In this document: one piece after another, positions 1-12,245 of the stretch
Position numbering within the stretch: the stretch's first letter is position 1
Layout of the letters: every line of letters starts with the position of its first letter
DNA from: Bispira polyomma
Lineage: Eukaryota
Reading direction: 5' to 3'
DNA: 64,000 nucleotides
Assembly (NCBI GenBank): GCA_965649765.1
Contig: OZ287750.1
Coordinates: forward strand, 69,564,001 to 69,628,000
Program-made: the position numbers and the translations under genes
Notes under the pieces: generated by a model
Database searches by the model: none
What the model saw: only the letters and a program-made list of their open reading frames with translations
Told to the model about the DNA's origin: nothing

Positions 1-1099
1 GAGAATGTTTTAATTCTTGATTAATTTTTACTATACAAGGCCTTGTATTGCAAAAACAGTTATTTTTTTACTGTATTTAGATGATGGAATTTCCAATATT
101 GGTAGTAAAGCTTTGTGTACAAGGAGTGTGCTTTTTTTTATCCTAAACATAGTGGTGTCAACAGTTAACCTTATCATAAGTCAGCATGAATTTTGAGGCT
201 GTGTTTAACATACATATAGTCAACACAGGCCCTACCGCAGCATATCGTAGATACTTTCTAATGCAGTTTAATTTTGGATTTTAACAGGTTTTGTGTCCTA
301 TCTCGATTGGGTAGTTGACAGTTTAAGGAAATCAAGACTTTCTGCTGTTCAAGGCCTTCAGCAAGGCTACTGCCAACTTTTCCACGTAGATGTGAGGACT
401 GAGATTCCAAACCATGTCAGCAGAGGTGAGTGTGTTACCACTGCACAATGTGTAAACCTGGCTCATACAATCGATGAGAGTCCTTACATTGGGGTACTGT
501 CCTGTACAAAAGCAAGATGCTGGTATGTAAGTAGAGGAAACATGGATACTAAAATTAGATGTCAATACCAGCTTTTACCCAATTTCACAGTACATTTAGA
601 GTGGTAAGACGAAGTTTTGTGCTGGATGTAACTTCCAACATAGAACAAGGATACTTTAGAGATAGGATGCCTTTTGGGGTAAAGCTATTGCCTTATCTAG
701 TGATAAATTTGTCAGTGATGAAAAGATGAAAAAATCGCGTAAAATGCAGTTTTGTCCCAAATAAATATGTAATATGTATGATAAAACTATGCACCACTGA
801 TTTTACTTTTCTATATAAGGCCACATTTGACAACCAAAAATACACAATCAGCTTCAAACGATATTTTATAGTAAACAATATTTAAGCACACTTGTATTTA
901 GTTTCATCAAATTAAATTCGAACACATTTAACTCTGAAATTACAGAAAAATATAATTAGTGATCTAAGTACAGATACAATGAACTGCAATTTGCAAAGTA
1001 ATGCAATGTAAACTAACTGCAAGGAAAGACAACAAAAAAACAATGATTAAAGTTTTTACTTTTGATTTGGTTTTCAAAAATACAAATATTCGTTGTTGC

Positions 1100-1993
1100 T
1101 CATACTAGTATTGCTTCTTCATCCTTTTCAAACAGAGGCTGCAACTGCAATAAAGATGAAGAGGACAATCCAGGTGACTCAGAATCATGGCGATACTGTG
1201 ACCCCGAAGTGACATTTCCAGGCTGCGTGGGCAGAATAAAGGCAGACACTACACTGGTATCAAGAGCTGTCCAATCAGTGCTACATTCAGCTACAGTACT
1301 AGGAGCACCACCAAAAGTATCATATTCAGCCTTCTGGCACAGCGCAACCGTTACCTCAGGAATGTCTATGTCTGAAGGGAAATCATTGCTGAGATAAGTC
1401 TCCAGTGTATTCTCATTGTATAATAAATCGGCATCCAACTTGGATTGGAATGTCTCGGCATCACAGGATTTAGACCTTTGTGTCATCATCTTTCCTGAAC
1501 CTGTAGAAGAATGGGGCAAGTGATCTGAATTCACCGATTTAGATCTCATTTCAGACAACAGCTCTTTGTGAGAGTCACACTGTGCAAATCCTCGACGGGT
1601 GTGACCTTGATTTTTCCTATCAGATGTGATGTTGATCCGTCTGTGCTTCTTCTGCATGGCCAAACGTGTTTGGAACTTCTCTTGTCGGCGAGCAACCCTC
1701 CTCAATCTGTCGATGTCTTTCATATATTTGCTCATGCCATGGTCTGACATGTTCTTCTTGACAAGGGACCCTATCATCAGAATAATGGAAAATCCATATA
1801 TGAATATTACAGCACACACAAAATACAAGGCACCTTGACTGTCATAGTCATCGGTGGTAGAATTGTATCCACTAGCGTTGAATGTATCCAGAGACTCTAG
1901 TATCGTTGCTATGAATGTTTCATTGTCTAGTCTATGTATAGACAAATGAATATCATTTTTATCAGGTATTATTCTATCTTTGCTGACCATCAT
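1100..1993 (-). CDS. Single-pass membrane protein (297 aa), KCNE/MinK-like TM segment; paralog A
   Basis: Intact ORF with no signal peptide. Three N-terminal sequons (NET, NAS, NST), one hydrophobic segment (ALYFVCAVIFIYGFSIILMIGSLV) followed by KK and a basic helix, and an S/T-rich tail ending EEAILV. The ORF is preserved in the paralog at 49421..50320. Confidence 0.85.
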   Translation of the reverse strand: MMVSKDRIIPDKNDIHLSIHRLDNETFIATILESLDTFNASGYNSTTDDYDSQGALYFVCAVIFIYGFSIILMIGSLVKKNMSDHGMSKYMKDIDRLRRVARRQEKFQTRLAMQKKHRRINITSDRKNQGHTRRGFAQCDSHKELLSEMRSKSVNSDHLPHSSTGSGKMMTQRSKSCDAETFQSKLDADLLYNENTLETYLSNDFPSDIDIPEVTVALCQKAEYDTFGGAPSTVAECSTDWTALDTSVVSAFILPTQPGNVTSGSQYRHDSESPGLSSSSLLQLQPLFEKDEEAILV

Positions 1994-2118
1994 ACAGTCT
2001 CATTAATTTTGATCCGAATGTCAGGTTTGCCCCTCAGAACAAAATACTAGGAATATTGTAGTTGGCGTGGTGTTTATGTTATAAATAAAGTTAATTAGTC
2101 TGTATCTTAATGCTGACA

Positions 2119-2150
2119 CTGTAACCATGGTAAATTGCAGAGAGAAAAAA
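2119..2150 (-). promoter_or_regulatory. Putative 5'-UTR splice acceptor of paralog A
   Basis: The minus strand reads ttttttctctctgcaatttaccatggttacAG about 125 nt upstream of the ATG. The same arrangement is at 50449..50480 in paralog B. Confidence 0.5.
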
Positions 2151-4219
2151 GTATTTATTTTCATATATCAGTAACACAATATATTTTGATAAAACTAAGT
2201 TGCAACAACAATCAAAAACAATTTGTATATGTCAGAGAACCAGCAGAGATATTTAATACAAGAAATCCACGATTATTGCCTTGTGAAATAAAAAAATAAC
2301 ACACCTTTCAGCAAGATCTTCCTCATTTAAGTGGACTTTGTCATGCAACACCCCTATGTTGACATGAGTAAGTAGTCGTTGATGAAATGCAATATAATGA
2401 AATGTACCACATGATATCCAACAGTAAGGTAGATAAACTCGCATATATCCTGCTACACACAACTTTAAGTAATTAATTTCAAGTCAACAAATTCTTTGCA
2501 ATACTACTATACCTTGGTTGAAATAACCACATATTTTCATTGTGCATAACTTTTGTTAGAAACAACTTTTTTTGGTAAAAGCTGTATCTTTATACATTGT
2601 TTTATTCTTTCCAACAATTCTCAAAAGTTACATTATTCATCAGATATTTGTCACAACATACTGGCAACATGGTGTTGGTATTAAAATACATTTACCGCAG
2701 AGAGTAGCATCTACGAAAAAAAGAAACCTAATGCAGCAGAACAGTTTTTTAAGTAACATCCATGAATTTCTGTTGACAAATACTTTCATGGACTACACAC
2801 TGATATAAACAATAAATAGTGCACCAGTAATAAACCACAGATTCTTAACAAAACCATTGTTTTCAGGCTGCTTTATATTATTTACACCCAGCTGGAATTC
2901 AGTGGCTCTTGTTAATGTATTTACCAATTACGCGTCCCACCGTGTGTGGAAGCATTTAAGGTTGCTAACATCTCTAGAGTACGGTTGCTTCTATTTGTCG
3001 ACATCCCACTCAAAAGGCCATTTTCAGGCCACTTATGGAGCTTTCTAATTAAACTGTGCAGTATGGTGGCATATTAGTGCCACTGTGTCCATATTTAAAG
3101 TACATGCAGCATGCTTATTTGTTTTATCCACTTAGGCATGTACATAATGTACATACTTTGTAAATGTTTCAATTATTATAATTATCATCATTATTTATTA
3201 TAAATTATTATTATATAATTAACAAAAATAGGTTAATTCAGATCAGGGGATTTTTTTTATATCCTCAGTCGCCCATGAATATACATACAAAAAATGTAGT
3301 ATTTAAAGGAATGTTTCTAATGTTGGTTTTATTTACTTCATAAGCATTTTAGGATTCTTAAATTGTTAATGACGTATAAATCACCAACAAATTATCTGTT
3401 TTGGAGGAGTGAGGGTATTGTTGTATGAACTAATTTCATACCTTAACTAAACCAAACCTTTATCAAACATAACCATTGTACAATGTCATTTTATACAAAT
3501 CAAGATGGCCGAACATTACAGAAAGGCCCGTTACATAAAGGCAAATAGTAAAATAAACAAATAGTTTCTGAATGTTTATTCTGGTGAATTAGCTTTCGGA
3601 ATGCATTTAAAATTATTCCATAGTCATTTCCCTTAATATCTGTTAATATTCACCAAAATTATAAATGTTTACTACTTTTATGAATTTTAGTTGCAACCCT
3701 ATACATTATTTTTGTTTTTACCTTAAATACTCTGTAACCAGGAAGCCGGAAATACTGAAATCACTCCAATGAGACACCAGAAAATAAAATGGTATCTGCA
3801 AATATTAATACCTCTGATTTGTGGCACCTATGGTCCATCGTAGCAAGATTGTCAGGTTGATGTGGAAGGTGAGTGTTCTACCACTACACCACTGAGATAC
3901 CAATAATCGAAATGGTATCTACAAAAAGTCCACCGTAGAAGGATTGTCAACTGACAAAAGTCCCTCTGATATGTTGTGTCCTGGGAAACACAATTCCACC
4001 CTATTTATTCATTTCCTTGTTAAACCAACCTGTGTGTATTTAGAGATCTGGGGCCATTGTGTCATCGCTGAGCTGGGGGAATACTCTATTGTTTTGCAGA
4101 GAATGTGCCAAACATTTAGTGTAAAACAGATGTAGGCTGAAATAGAGCACAATTTTTTATCCACAAAAGGGCATATTAAAAACATGACATGTTAAAAATG
4201 AAGTCGTAAGATAAGTTGT

Positions 4220-5257
4220 TATAGCCCAACCTATGGTAAGAGATGGGAAGATAAGTCGGAATGTAGAGTGGTGAATTTTCAAACGATTTTGCTTTTGGGA
4301 GGGGCAGACTAAAAAGATAAGTCATTGGATGGTAATGATAACTCGGAAGTAGGTTACGATTCACCCCGAGTGACCATGACTTATCAGCCAATTAGCAACC
4401 TGATCTACTTGGTGTACACAAAGATAACTAGGTGCCTCGAGTGCCTGATCCAGATCAAATCGTAGGCAACAAAAATCGGTAATAAGAAGATTAAGACGTC
4501 AACTGGAGGCACAGGATACACAGGTTCAAGGATAGGTGGCCAGAAGCGGAAGAGCCAGGCGAAGGTTCTGTGTCAAGTCATGGCTTAGGGGAAGGAAAGA
4601 ACATAGACACTACACAGCACTTATGCCACACATGGAGTTGCAAGATGGCAAGTTGTTCGGCAACTTCCTCAGGATGACCCCTGATGTGTTCCATGAGATG
4701 GAGGGGAGTGTGGGGAACAGGATACAGAGACAGACCACCTGGTACAGGACACCACTGTCTCCTGGACTCAAGATAGCTATCACTTTGAGGCATTTGGCTA
4801 CTGGGGAGTCGTACATATATCACTGCAGTACTCTTTCATAGTGGGCAGGTCAACCTTCACCAAGTTCTATAATATCTTTCGGCAGTTATAGTGTACTCTG
4901 GAAATGCTGTAGCTGAATGAATGATGAATACTGGCTGGTCCACCTTTGATATATTCCTGTCCCTTCCCCGAATTTACTTATTGACCAATCCGATTCCGAG
5001 CCCCAGTTATCTTTTGACACCCTGAGCTATCGTTTGTTCCCCCTGAGTTATATTTTCAATTAGAGTGAATCAAATGATCTATCATTGGCACTTGATAGGA
5101 TAACTCTACCTATGGTAAGAGATGGAAAGATAAGTCGGAATGTAGTGTGGTGAATTTTGAAATAAAAAGATAACTAGTTGGAGCTAAACAACCTCCCCGA
5201 TAATGGCCCGGATGCCATAATCGGGAGCTATGATGGGCATAGTGGAACAGGGGTATA
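4220..5257 (+). mobile_element. PIF/Harbinger DNA transposon relic with transposase N-terminal fragment (4536..4841)
   Basis: RRFCVKSWL...FGNFLRMTPDVFHEM...TWYRTPLSPGLKIAITLRHLATGESY is the characteristic HARBI1/PIF N-terminal helical region. The DDE core is missing. A ~55-bp subterminal repeat is at about 4229 and 5108, and also at about 52588 in copy B. Confidence 0.85.
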
Positions 5258-5489
5258 AGCTATGATATTGGCAAATCCTTCCATATTGAATTTCGTGATT
5301 GAAGGTGACACACCAATGCATTAGATCTGAATTGAATGCAGCAGATTTCTTTTATAAGGTATTTGATTTTTTCTTTTAGCATTTTAATATTATACGTGTT
5401 GATCCACTAATTTACGGTGCTACAAGAGCCACTAAGCAATTTTCAAAGAAAATAATGGGGCAGTATTGTTTGCAACCTATGGGGTTCCT

Positions 5490-7900
5490 TGTCAAGTATC
5501 CATGTGAACACATAATCCTCCCTACAGCCGGGATCAGACGGGATCGCAGGACGTTATGGCCATTCTACTCCAGCTGGAAGAAGCAAACACTGTGATGGCT
5601 AGATGGATTGACAGAATAGAAACTGTCAAAAATCTGTTTTAATTGTATGGTTGAGGCACTGGCAAGTAGCCTGATGAAGGCTGGATGAGGGCGACTTCAC
5701 AGAAGAAGAAACCAGGGTTCGACAAACTTTCCATCCCATAGTGGGTTGATTTGCAGCTAAGTAATATAGTACAGGTAAATGACCCCACTACAAAGGACAA
5801 GATGCTTAAGCAGGTAATCTTGACGGTAAGGGGTGCAGCATCACTCCCTCAGACAGTTGTTAAGAATGCATGGGCATTAATATGCACGAGGTTGAGGAGG
5901 GTAGATTTGGATGACAATACACAGTGAGCTATTAATTGGTTGAGTGCTTCCCAAACAACCATAGTAAATTTGTAAGGGACAAATTCTAAAAACAATTTTA
6001 CCAATCAGGACTGTAAGACAATCTGTAAATTTAAGTCCAGTCGGTGTTCTTACAGGACATATCAAGAACAATACAAACACAACTGTTGATTTATGCTCAA
6101 ACACTGCACAAAGATAGACCACACCCAGAATACAAATGTTACAAAGCTAATTAAGATAACTCTAATTAAGAATAGGAATAGTGCATAGGTCGTAGTCCGA
6201 CAACTAAAGAGCCGAACATTTAAGAACGTGAAGAGTGGTAAATGAAAGATTTAAAAATATTAAATGTAATAATGACCAAACCTCCTCTGGTCACATGACT
6301 GAACAATGTAATGTTTCCAAAGTAAAATATGACCAAACTGGCTGGACTGTCAACACTGAACGAAATAACAATGACAGAAACATTGATATAGTTAAAGTTA
6401 ATAATATTACAGATTACAATATAACCAGTGATGTTGGCAAGATTTGTAAAGGTAGAAATAACATATATAAATTCGTTTTGTGTATTCAGCAATGATTTAA
6501 TGAATGTTTAATGTTTATTTTGCAGGATATGACAAAGCTGAAACCAATGCCCACCCTGAAGTTTATGTTCCTGAATATTCACATTTTAATAATATACTTG
6601 ATAGCAATTTGCAAATGACTGGCAGCCATACATCAAGCAGTTCTGTGTATTTTACCAGACCTCACAAGAAAGCTTATGTTACCATTTCTATCACCAACTG
6701 GTATTCATACTGTGAAGCTTTCCTCACTGTAGTTTTCATCCATGGCTCCAACGAAAATCCAGGGATTTTTTACCAACAAAGTTTTGACTAACAAAAGAGG
6801 TTATATCTTCATTCCCCATATAAAAAATATCTGGCCAACCTCTTCAACTTATGGAAACAACTACTTCAAAACCATGGAAATTCTAAATTCACATGTCATT
6901 AATGAGTGCATGTTGGAAAATAACAGTAATGATTTTAATGATAAAAATGTTATTGATTATCAAGAATGCTAAATAGTAATTCATCATGTACCTAGAAAGA
7001 TAAAAAAATGTAATGAATTTCATGGTCAGTCATACAGTGAGTACATTACATAAATAATTGATAAACTGACTAATTCTGACACAAAAAATATAAATAATAA
7101 ATATGCATGTTCTAACCAATTTAATGGTGATAATGGCAGTACACCTGCTGGTTGTAATCTTATATTCCTGTCCGTTTGTTCCGAACACTTTTCCAAAAAT
7201 GCTGACAGTAGCAATTGTAAGATAGATTAAACCAGAATTGTTAACATTAACAATCCTGATAAAAAGCTATCATTTTCTTGCGCTTTCTGATACAAATTTT
7301 CAAATGCATGACCGTGGTGAGGAGACTGTAAAAATGTCCTCAGTGGAGCAAATGTTACACATAGCTTATGAAATTAATAAAACAGGGGTTTCTAATTATA
7401 AGAGGGTTTGCATTCCTATAGAATCAGATCATAACATTGACCGATAGGAGAAAGCATTTCAGGGTCATCCGGATAAATTGCTTCTTCAATATTTGAAATT
7501 TGGGTTCCCACTTGTGCTTACAAATCCCAGCAATTTGAATCAGACAAGATAACAAAATACATGTTGGTATGAAATCTAATTACTATTTGCAAGGAAAAAT
7601 ATAAAGGATAATCAAAAGATAAATTTTCAAAATAGTGAATGTTCCAGTGAGACACAGGACAGTGTGGTCGACTGTATGTATAAAATTTATGATGTATATC
7701 AAATATGAAATGTTATGTTGTACTATATGAAATTTATAAAATAAATGTCTGATATCATATATATTGTAGATGAAATGGTATATATTGCAAAACAGGCCAA
7801 ATTCACAAAATTAGTGCTAACTCGCTCTAAAGATGTTAAAAAATGAAGGGTGATTTTAAATTTATCACATCCGAAGGACAAGTCTGTCAATGACAACCAG
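5490..7900 (+). mobile_element. Degenerate tyrosine-recombinase retrotransposon (gag plus RT N-terminal remnants), same family as 38680..42950
   Basis: Manual translation: PDEGW...FDKLSIP*WV..QLSNIVQVNDPTT...AASLP...AWAL.MHEVEEGR (5670-5910) matches the gag at 39520-39770. RPHPEYKCYKA matches THPELKCVKA. HPDKLLLQYLKFGFPL (about 7465) and RVILNLSHPKDKSVND (about 7847) match the RT ORF at 41074. Confidence 0.85.
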
Positions 7901-8499
7901 CAATGTTTATATCTACTATGCACACATTCATTAGAGTATACACATGATATACTTTAGCATACATTACATACTATTAGTTTTTCATAATGCTTTCTTATTT
8001 GTATCATTTTAGTTTTACACTTAAAGTCCTGTTGAAAAGTAAACCCAAATCCATGCAAATTATTCTTGCATTGTCATTCTCTGTTTATATTGTATTACAA
8101 GACTACCAAGTGCACAGTTTAGATGTAGGTTAGTCTATTTTTCCAGGTGATTTGACCAATTTAATTTATGTCGAATCCATGTGCATGTGAGAAAGTTGGC
8201 AGTAGATTTTCTGAAGGCTGGTGGTTTGTACATCAGATTGTACTATTTTATTCCACTACATTGTTTGTTGATTTGCGGAATGGTAAGGAGTTTTATTCAC
8301 TATAACCTTGAATAAAATAGTAGAAGATCATCAATGTGAATCACCGTGTGAAGGCCTCAGAGACAAGCATGGTCCAGGTAATTGTAATTTGACTTTTATA
8401 TCGCTTAATCTCCCCTTTACGATAGGGACTCTAAGGTGCAAAAGCACCAAAACAGTGATCCAATTTCAATATCAAGGGACAAAAAATAGTTGGCACCAC

Positions 8500-11270
8500 A
8501 GAGAACACCAGCGGATGATTAAGACTAAGGTGGGTATGGCTTGGTGTATAGGTGGGTTTTAAGCTGCTTTCTAAAAGAGGCTAGAGAGGGGGGACTCACG
8601 AATCACATCAGGCTAGAGAGGGGGGACTCACGAATCACATCAGGAAGAGCATTTCAAACAATTGGAGCATCAAAATCAAAGCTATAACCAAACTGTTTAA
8701 CTGACTTTTGAGTAACCAGGTAGAACGTGAGTAAGAAACCGCCTAAAACATCTGAAGTCTCAGCGTTGCACAAACAACTTTTAGACATTCCGAACATGTT
8801 TAGAAAAGGAAAAATCAGAGTCGAACCACACGCCCAGGTTCTTGACTGATTCAGCTGGGCAGACGGGGCTACCCAGGATGTCAATTGGGAAACATGCTTT
8901 CAACTTCTCCCTCTGTCTTTTTAAACCAAATAGTATAAACTCAGTCTTGTCAATTTGAGTTTACTAGTTGACATCCTCTCTTTTACATCATCAAAGCACC
9001 TGTTCAACTGTTCAAAGGCAGCAGATGTATTCTTCTGTGATAAGTGCACATGTTGGGTGTCATCTGCATAAAAATGAAACTTAATGCCTTTATATCTTCC
9101 AATCACTAAACTGAGAGGAGCAATGTATAATGAAAACAACAAATGACCCAAAACAGAACCTTTGGGAGCACCAAACAAGTTTAGAAAGATCAGACAACTT
9201 TTTATTTACTGATAACGCTCAGTTAAGTAGAAAGTGAACCATTTAAGAACAGAGCCCCCAACTCCAAACCAAGTCTGGAGACTACTAAGAAGAGTGGAAT
9301 GATCAATGGTGTCAAAGGCAGCAGAGAGGTCGAGCAACACCAAGGCTGTAGGTTCGCCTCTTGACAAGGAAAAGTGAACTTCATTTTTTATGGACAAAAG
9401 AGCTGTCTCAGTCAAATGATCTATTTTATATGCAGACTGGTGTAGGTTGTCTAAGTCGTGGACATGGATATGATCTAACAGTTGCTTAGCAACCACACGT
9501 TCAACCAGTTTTGATGTGAAGCTAAGACCAGATACACGGTGATAGTGTTTTAGATCATTAGCTGGAAGAGAAGCATTCTTAACAAGAGGAGTAACCACAG
9601 CAGTTTTGAAACCATCAGGTACATGTCCCTCAAAAAGGGAGCAGTTTACTGACTTTCTAATTGGCAAGAGTAGCATATGACTATTTCCCTTGATGAGAGA
9701 TGTTGGCCATGGATCCAACGTGCAGTTTTTGTAGGTTAGTTACTAATGATTTTATTAACAGCATCTTCACTTTGGTAAAGGCAGTGCTTTCTGAAGGATC
9801 AAAAAGAGGATGAACATCATTTTCTGACCTAGAAAGAACAAAAGTATCTCTAATTTTGCCAATTTTGTCTGAAAAAAAGAAGCAAACTCGTTGGTTAATG
9901 ACTTTTCAGATTCGTGAGATGGAAATGTTACTTTGAAAACCATATGCAGGGTCTTGCGCAGTCTGACTTATCCTTGTTTACAAGTAATTCGGTGACGAAG
10001 CCGACTTCTATTCAGTGGATTCTTGGCCCTCCGCCAAGTTCTTTTAAATTGGTGACTTTGCAAGTCGATAAGTATCAGATAACCAATGCGCAGAATCTTT
10101 CTTGTGGTGGTGCATGCCTATCGAGAACATCACCCAAATCATATACGTATTGTTCATGTATATCGACTACAGAATTAGCTAGAAACTTAATGAAGGAAGT
10201 ATGTTTGAGATCAGAGCAGAGGTCAGACATGTTTATGTGGTGGTACCTCCTATACTGCACTTTATTTGGAATATGAGCCACTTAATGGGGAGAGGCAATT
10301 GAGCATTTGACTTATGCATGATCAGATATAAAATCACAGATTTTGACATCAACAATAGTATCCTGATCGCTGGTGGATAGAATGAGACCATGTATGTGAC
10401 CATGTAGATGGGTAGGTTGACTAACTGACTGTTTAACATCACATGAGTCAAGAAAGGTCATAAATTTATAACCGTCCCCAACTGCTACATCGACATGAAT
10501 GCTGAAGTCACCACAGATATGATATGAAGAGTTATTAGATGACATGAAAACAACAAGACATAAATTCTTCTAGAAAGTTACAGGTACATGATCCTGGGGG
10601 GCAATAAACGCAGGCAAGCAACAGTAAGTAGCCATGAAGCCCAATTAACAACACCATGTTTTCGAAGGACCGATAAACAAGAGACTCTATCTTCTGTGGT
10701 CTGTAGAAGGATCTGATGAAAAAAGCGACACCACTACCAATACGTGAGGCACGTGGCATTTGAAGAAACACAAAATCAGGAAGAGTAATAGACCTTAGAA
10801 AGCTATTTGTATCAGACAGACAGACAGGGGTCTTAGTAGCACCACGGAAGTCAATGGTCATGCGAAGTCACAATATCAGCAAGGAGTGGACCTTACGAAT
10901 CTAGCATTCAGTACACCTAGCACAACTGGACCAGGGTTACGAGACACATCACTGCCAAGTAAAAGTAACAACATAAGACTTCTCCCATTAACCGAGATTG
11001 AAAATTTGTGACATAAACAAGTGTAATAATTTTTTTCCCAACTTTAGGCAAGGAGGTAGTAGATATGTAAGATACTCTAGGGTGGGACCACTCATACCTA
11101 TGAGCAAATGCAACTGCAAACAGTGAAGGAGAAACATGACTAGTGGGATTGTTGAAAAGAAGAAGCCCTAAACTAAACTCAATGGTGGGAGCCTCAAAAA
11201 AATATGTCCCTACAACTCACACCATCACAATTCTTCATCCTGTGGGCGACTCACTGGCACCCTAACACCC
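8500..11270 (-). mobile_element. L2/CR1-group LINE, degenerate, with APE endonuclease and RT
   Basis: APE motifs GSGVAFF, VYCPPG, ICGDFSIH, PTH..GH and ISDH. RT motifs KTAVVTPLVK, KLVERVV, QSAY, LLDLSAAFDTIDH, GAPKGSVLGHLLFSLY and YADDTQ. Many frameshifts. Confidence 0.93.
8581..8644. repeat. Perfect 32-bp tandem duplication near the LINE 3' end
   Basis: ctagagaggggggactcacgaatcacatcagg occurs twice in tandem. Confidence 0.9.
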
Positions 11271-12119
11271 GACACTATGGCCTCACCTTTAGCTGAGTAA
11301 CAACCCACAACAAGGCGGTAAAATATAGTACAAACATACTGACATAATACAAACGATACCAGCAAATACTACCATGAATTTTACAAAAAGAGAAACAACA
11401 AAATTGACACAAATATTTACTGATTCTGACTAAATGTACATATATAAAACATAAAAATAAGATTAAATCAAGGAAAAGTAATAGGAGAAGGATTTTTAGT
11501 AAGAATAAATGCAAAGATGTAGCAAAACCGAGTGCCAAATATGTATTACAACTCCATATGATGAGCATAGCCATTGTGGTAATGGTAATTATATATAAAG
11601 CCAACAGGTCTATTCAAATATTTGTGAATCTGTTCAATTATATTTTCACATTATGAGCATGACCATATGATTCAGCAGTTCAATTGGGTTCTTGTCATTC
11701 TTAGGATTAGTTTGTCAGGTGTAATATTCCACCTGGTATACACCGACTAAGGCCAATGTTTAAAGATTCCTTTAAGGTTGTACCTTTAGAACATGACTTT
11801 TCCCTTTGCCAAGATTCTCTTTTTGCCTGTGTTTGTCACCAGGATGGGGCATGGGACAAACAAAATTCCATTAAGGTTTGAATCAGAACCTAGTAAAATG
11901 AGATTGGGGATTTGTTTTAGTCTTTGGCACTATTGGTGGAGGTATGCAATTCTAGTTACTTTGTAACTATATTACAATCCCATAATCACATTGTTGAAAA
12001 GAACGACACAAAATAACAGCAGAACAGCACAGCATTTCTTGTTAAAAGCAATAACAGTTTTTTTGTCGTTGCTGGTATGGATATATTTGTTTATTTAATT
12101 AAATTTTGAGCCAAAGATT

Positions 12120-12245
12120 AGGCAGCCTTTTAGAATTCATGATGCAGGATGGTTAAATTTGGTAGCCTTTTAGATATCATAATGCAGAATGGTTAAATTT
12201 AGCAGCCGTTTAGACTTCATAATGCAGGATGGTTGAATTTAGCAG
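12120..12245. repeat. ~40-bp tandem repeat, about 3 copies
   Basis: gcagccttttag..ttcataatgcaggatggttaaattt units; counterpart at about 54645-54720. Confidence 0.8.

Noticed and set aside
1062-1838. Antisense and alternative-frame ORFs overlapping the membrane-protein gene, seen in both paralogs
   Set aside because: Their conservation is explained by the main ORF.
11275-11604. Hydrophobic short ORFs (also 19502-19763 and 28369-28775)
   Set aside because: Compositional artefacts of AT-rich or repetitive DNA, with no intact counterpart seen elsewhere in the window.
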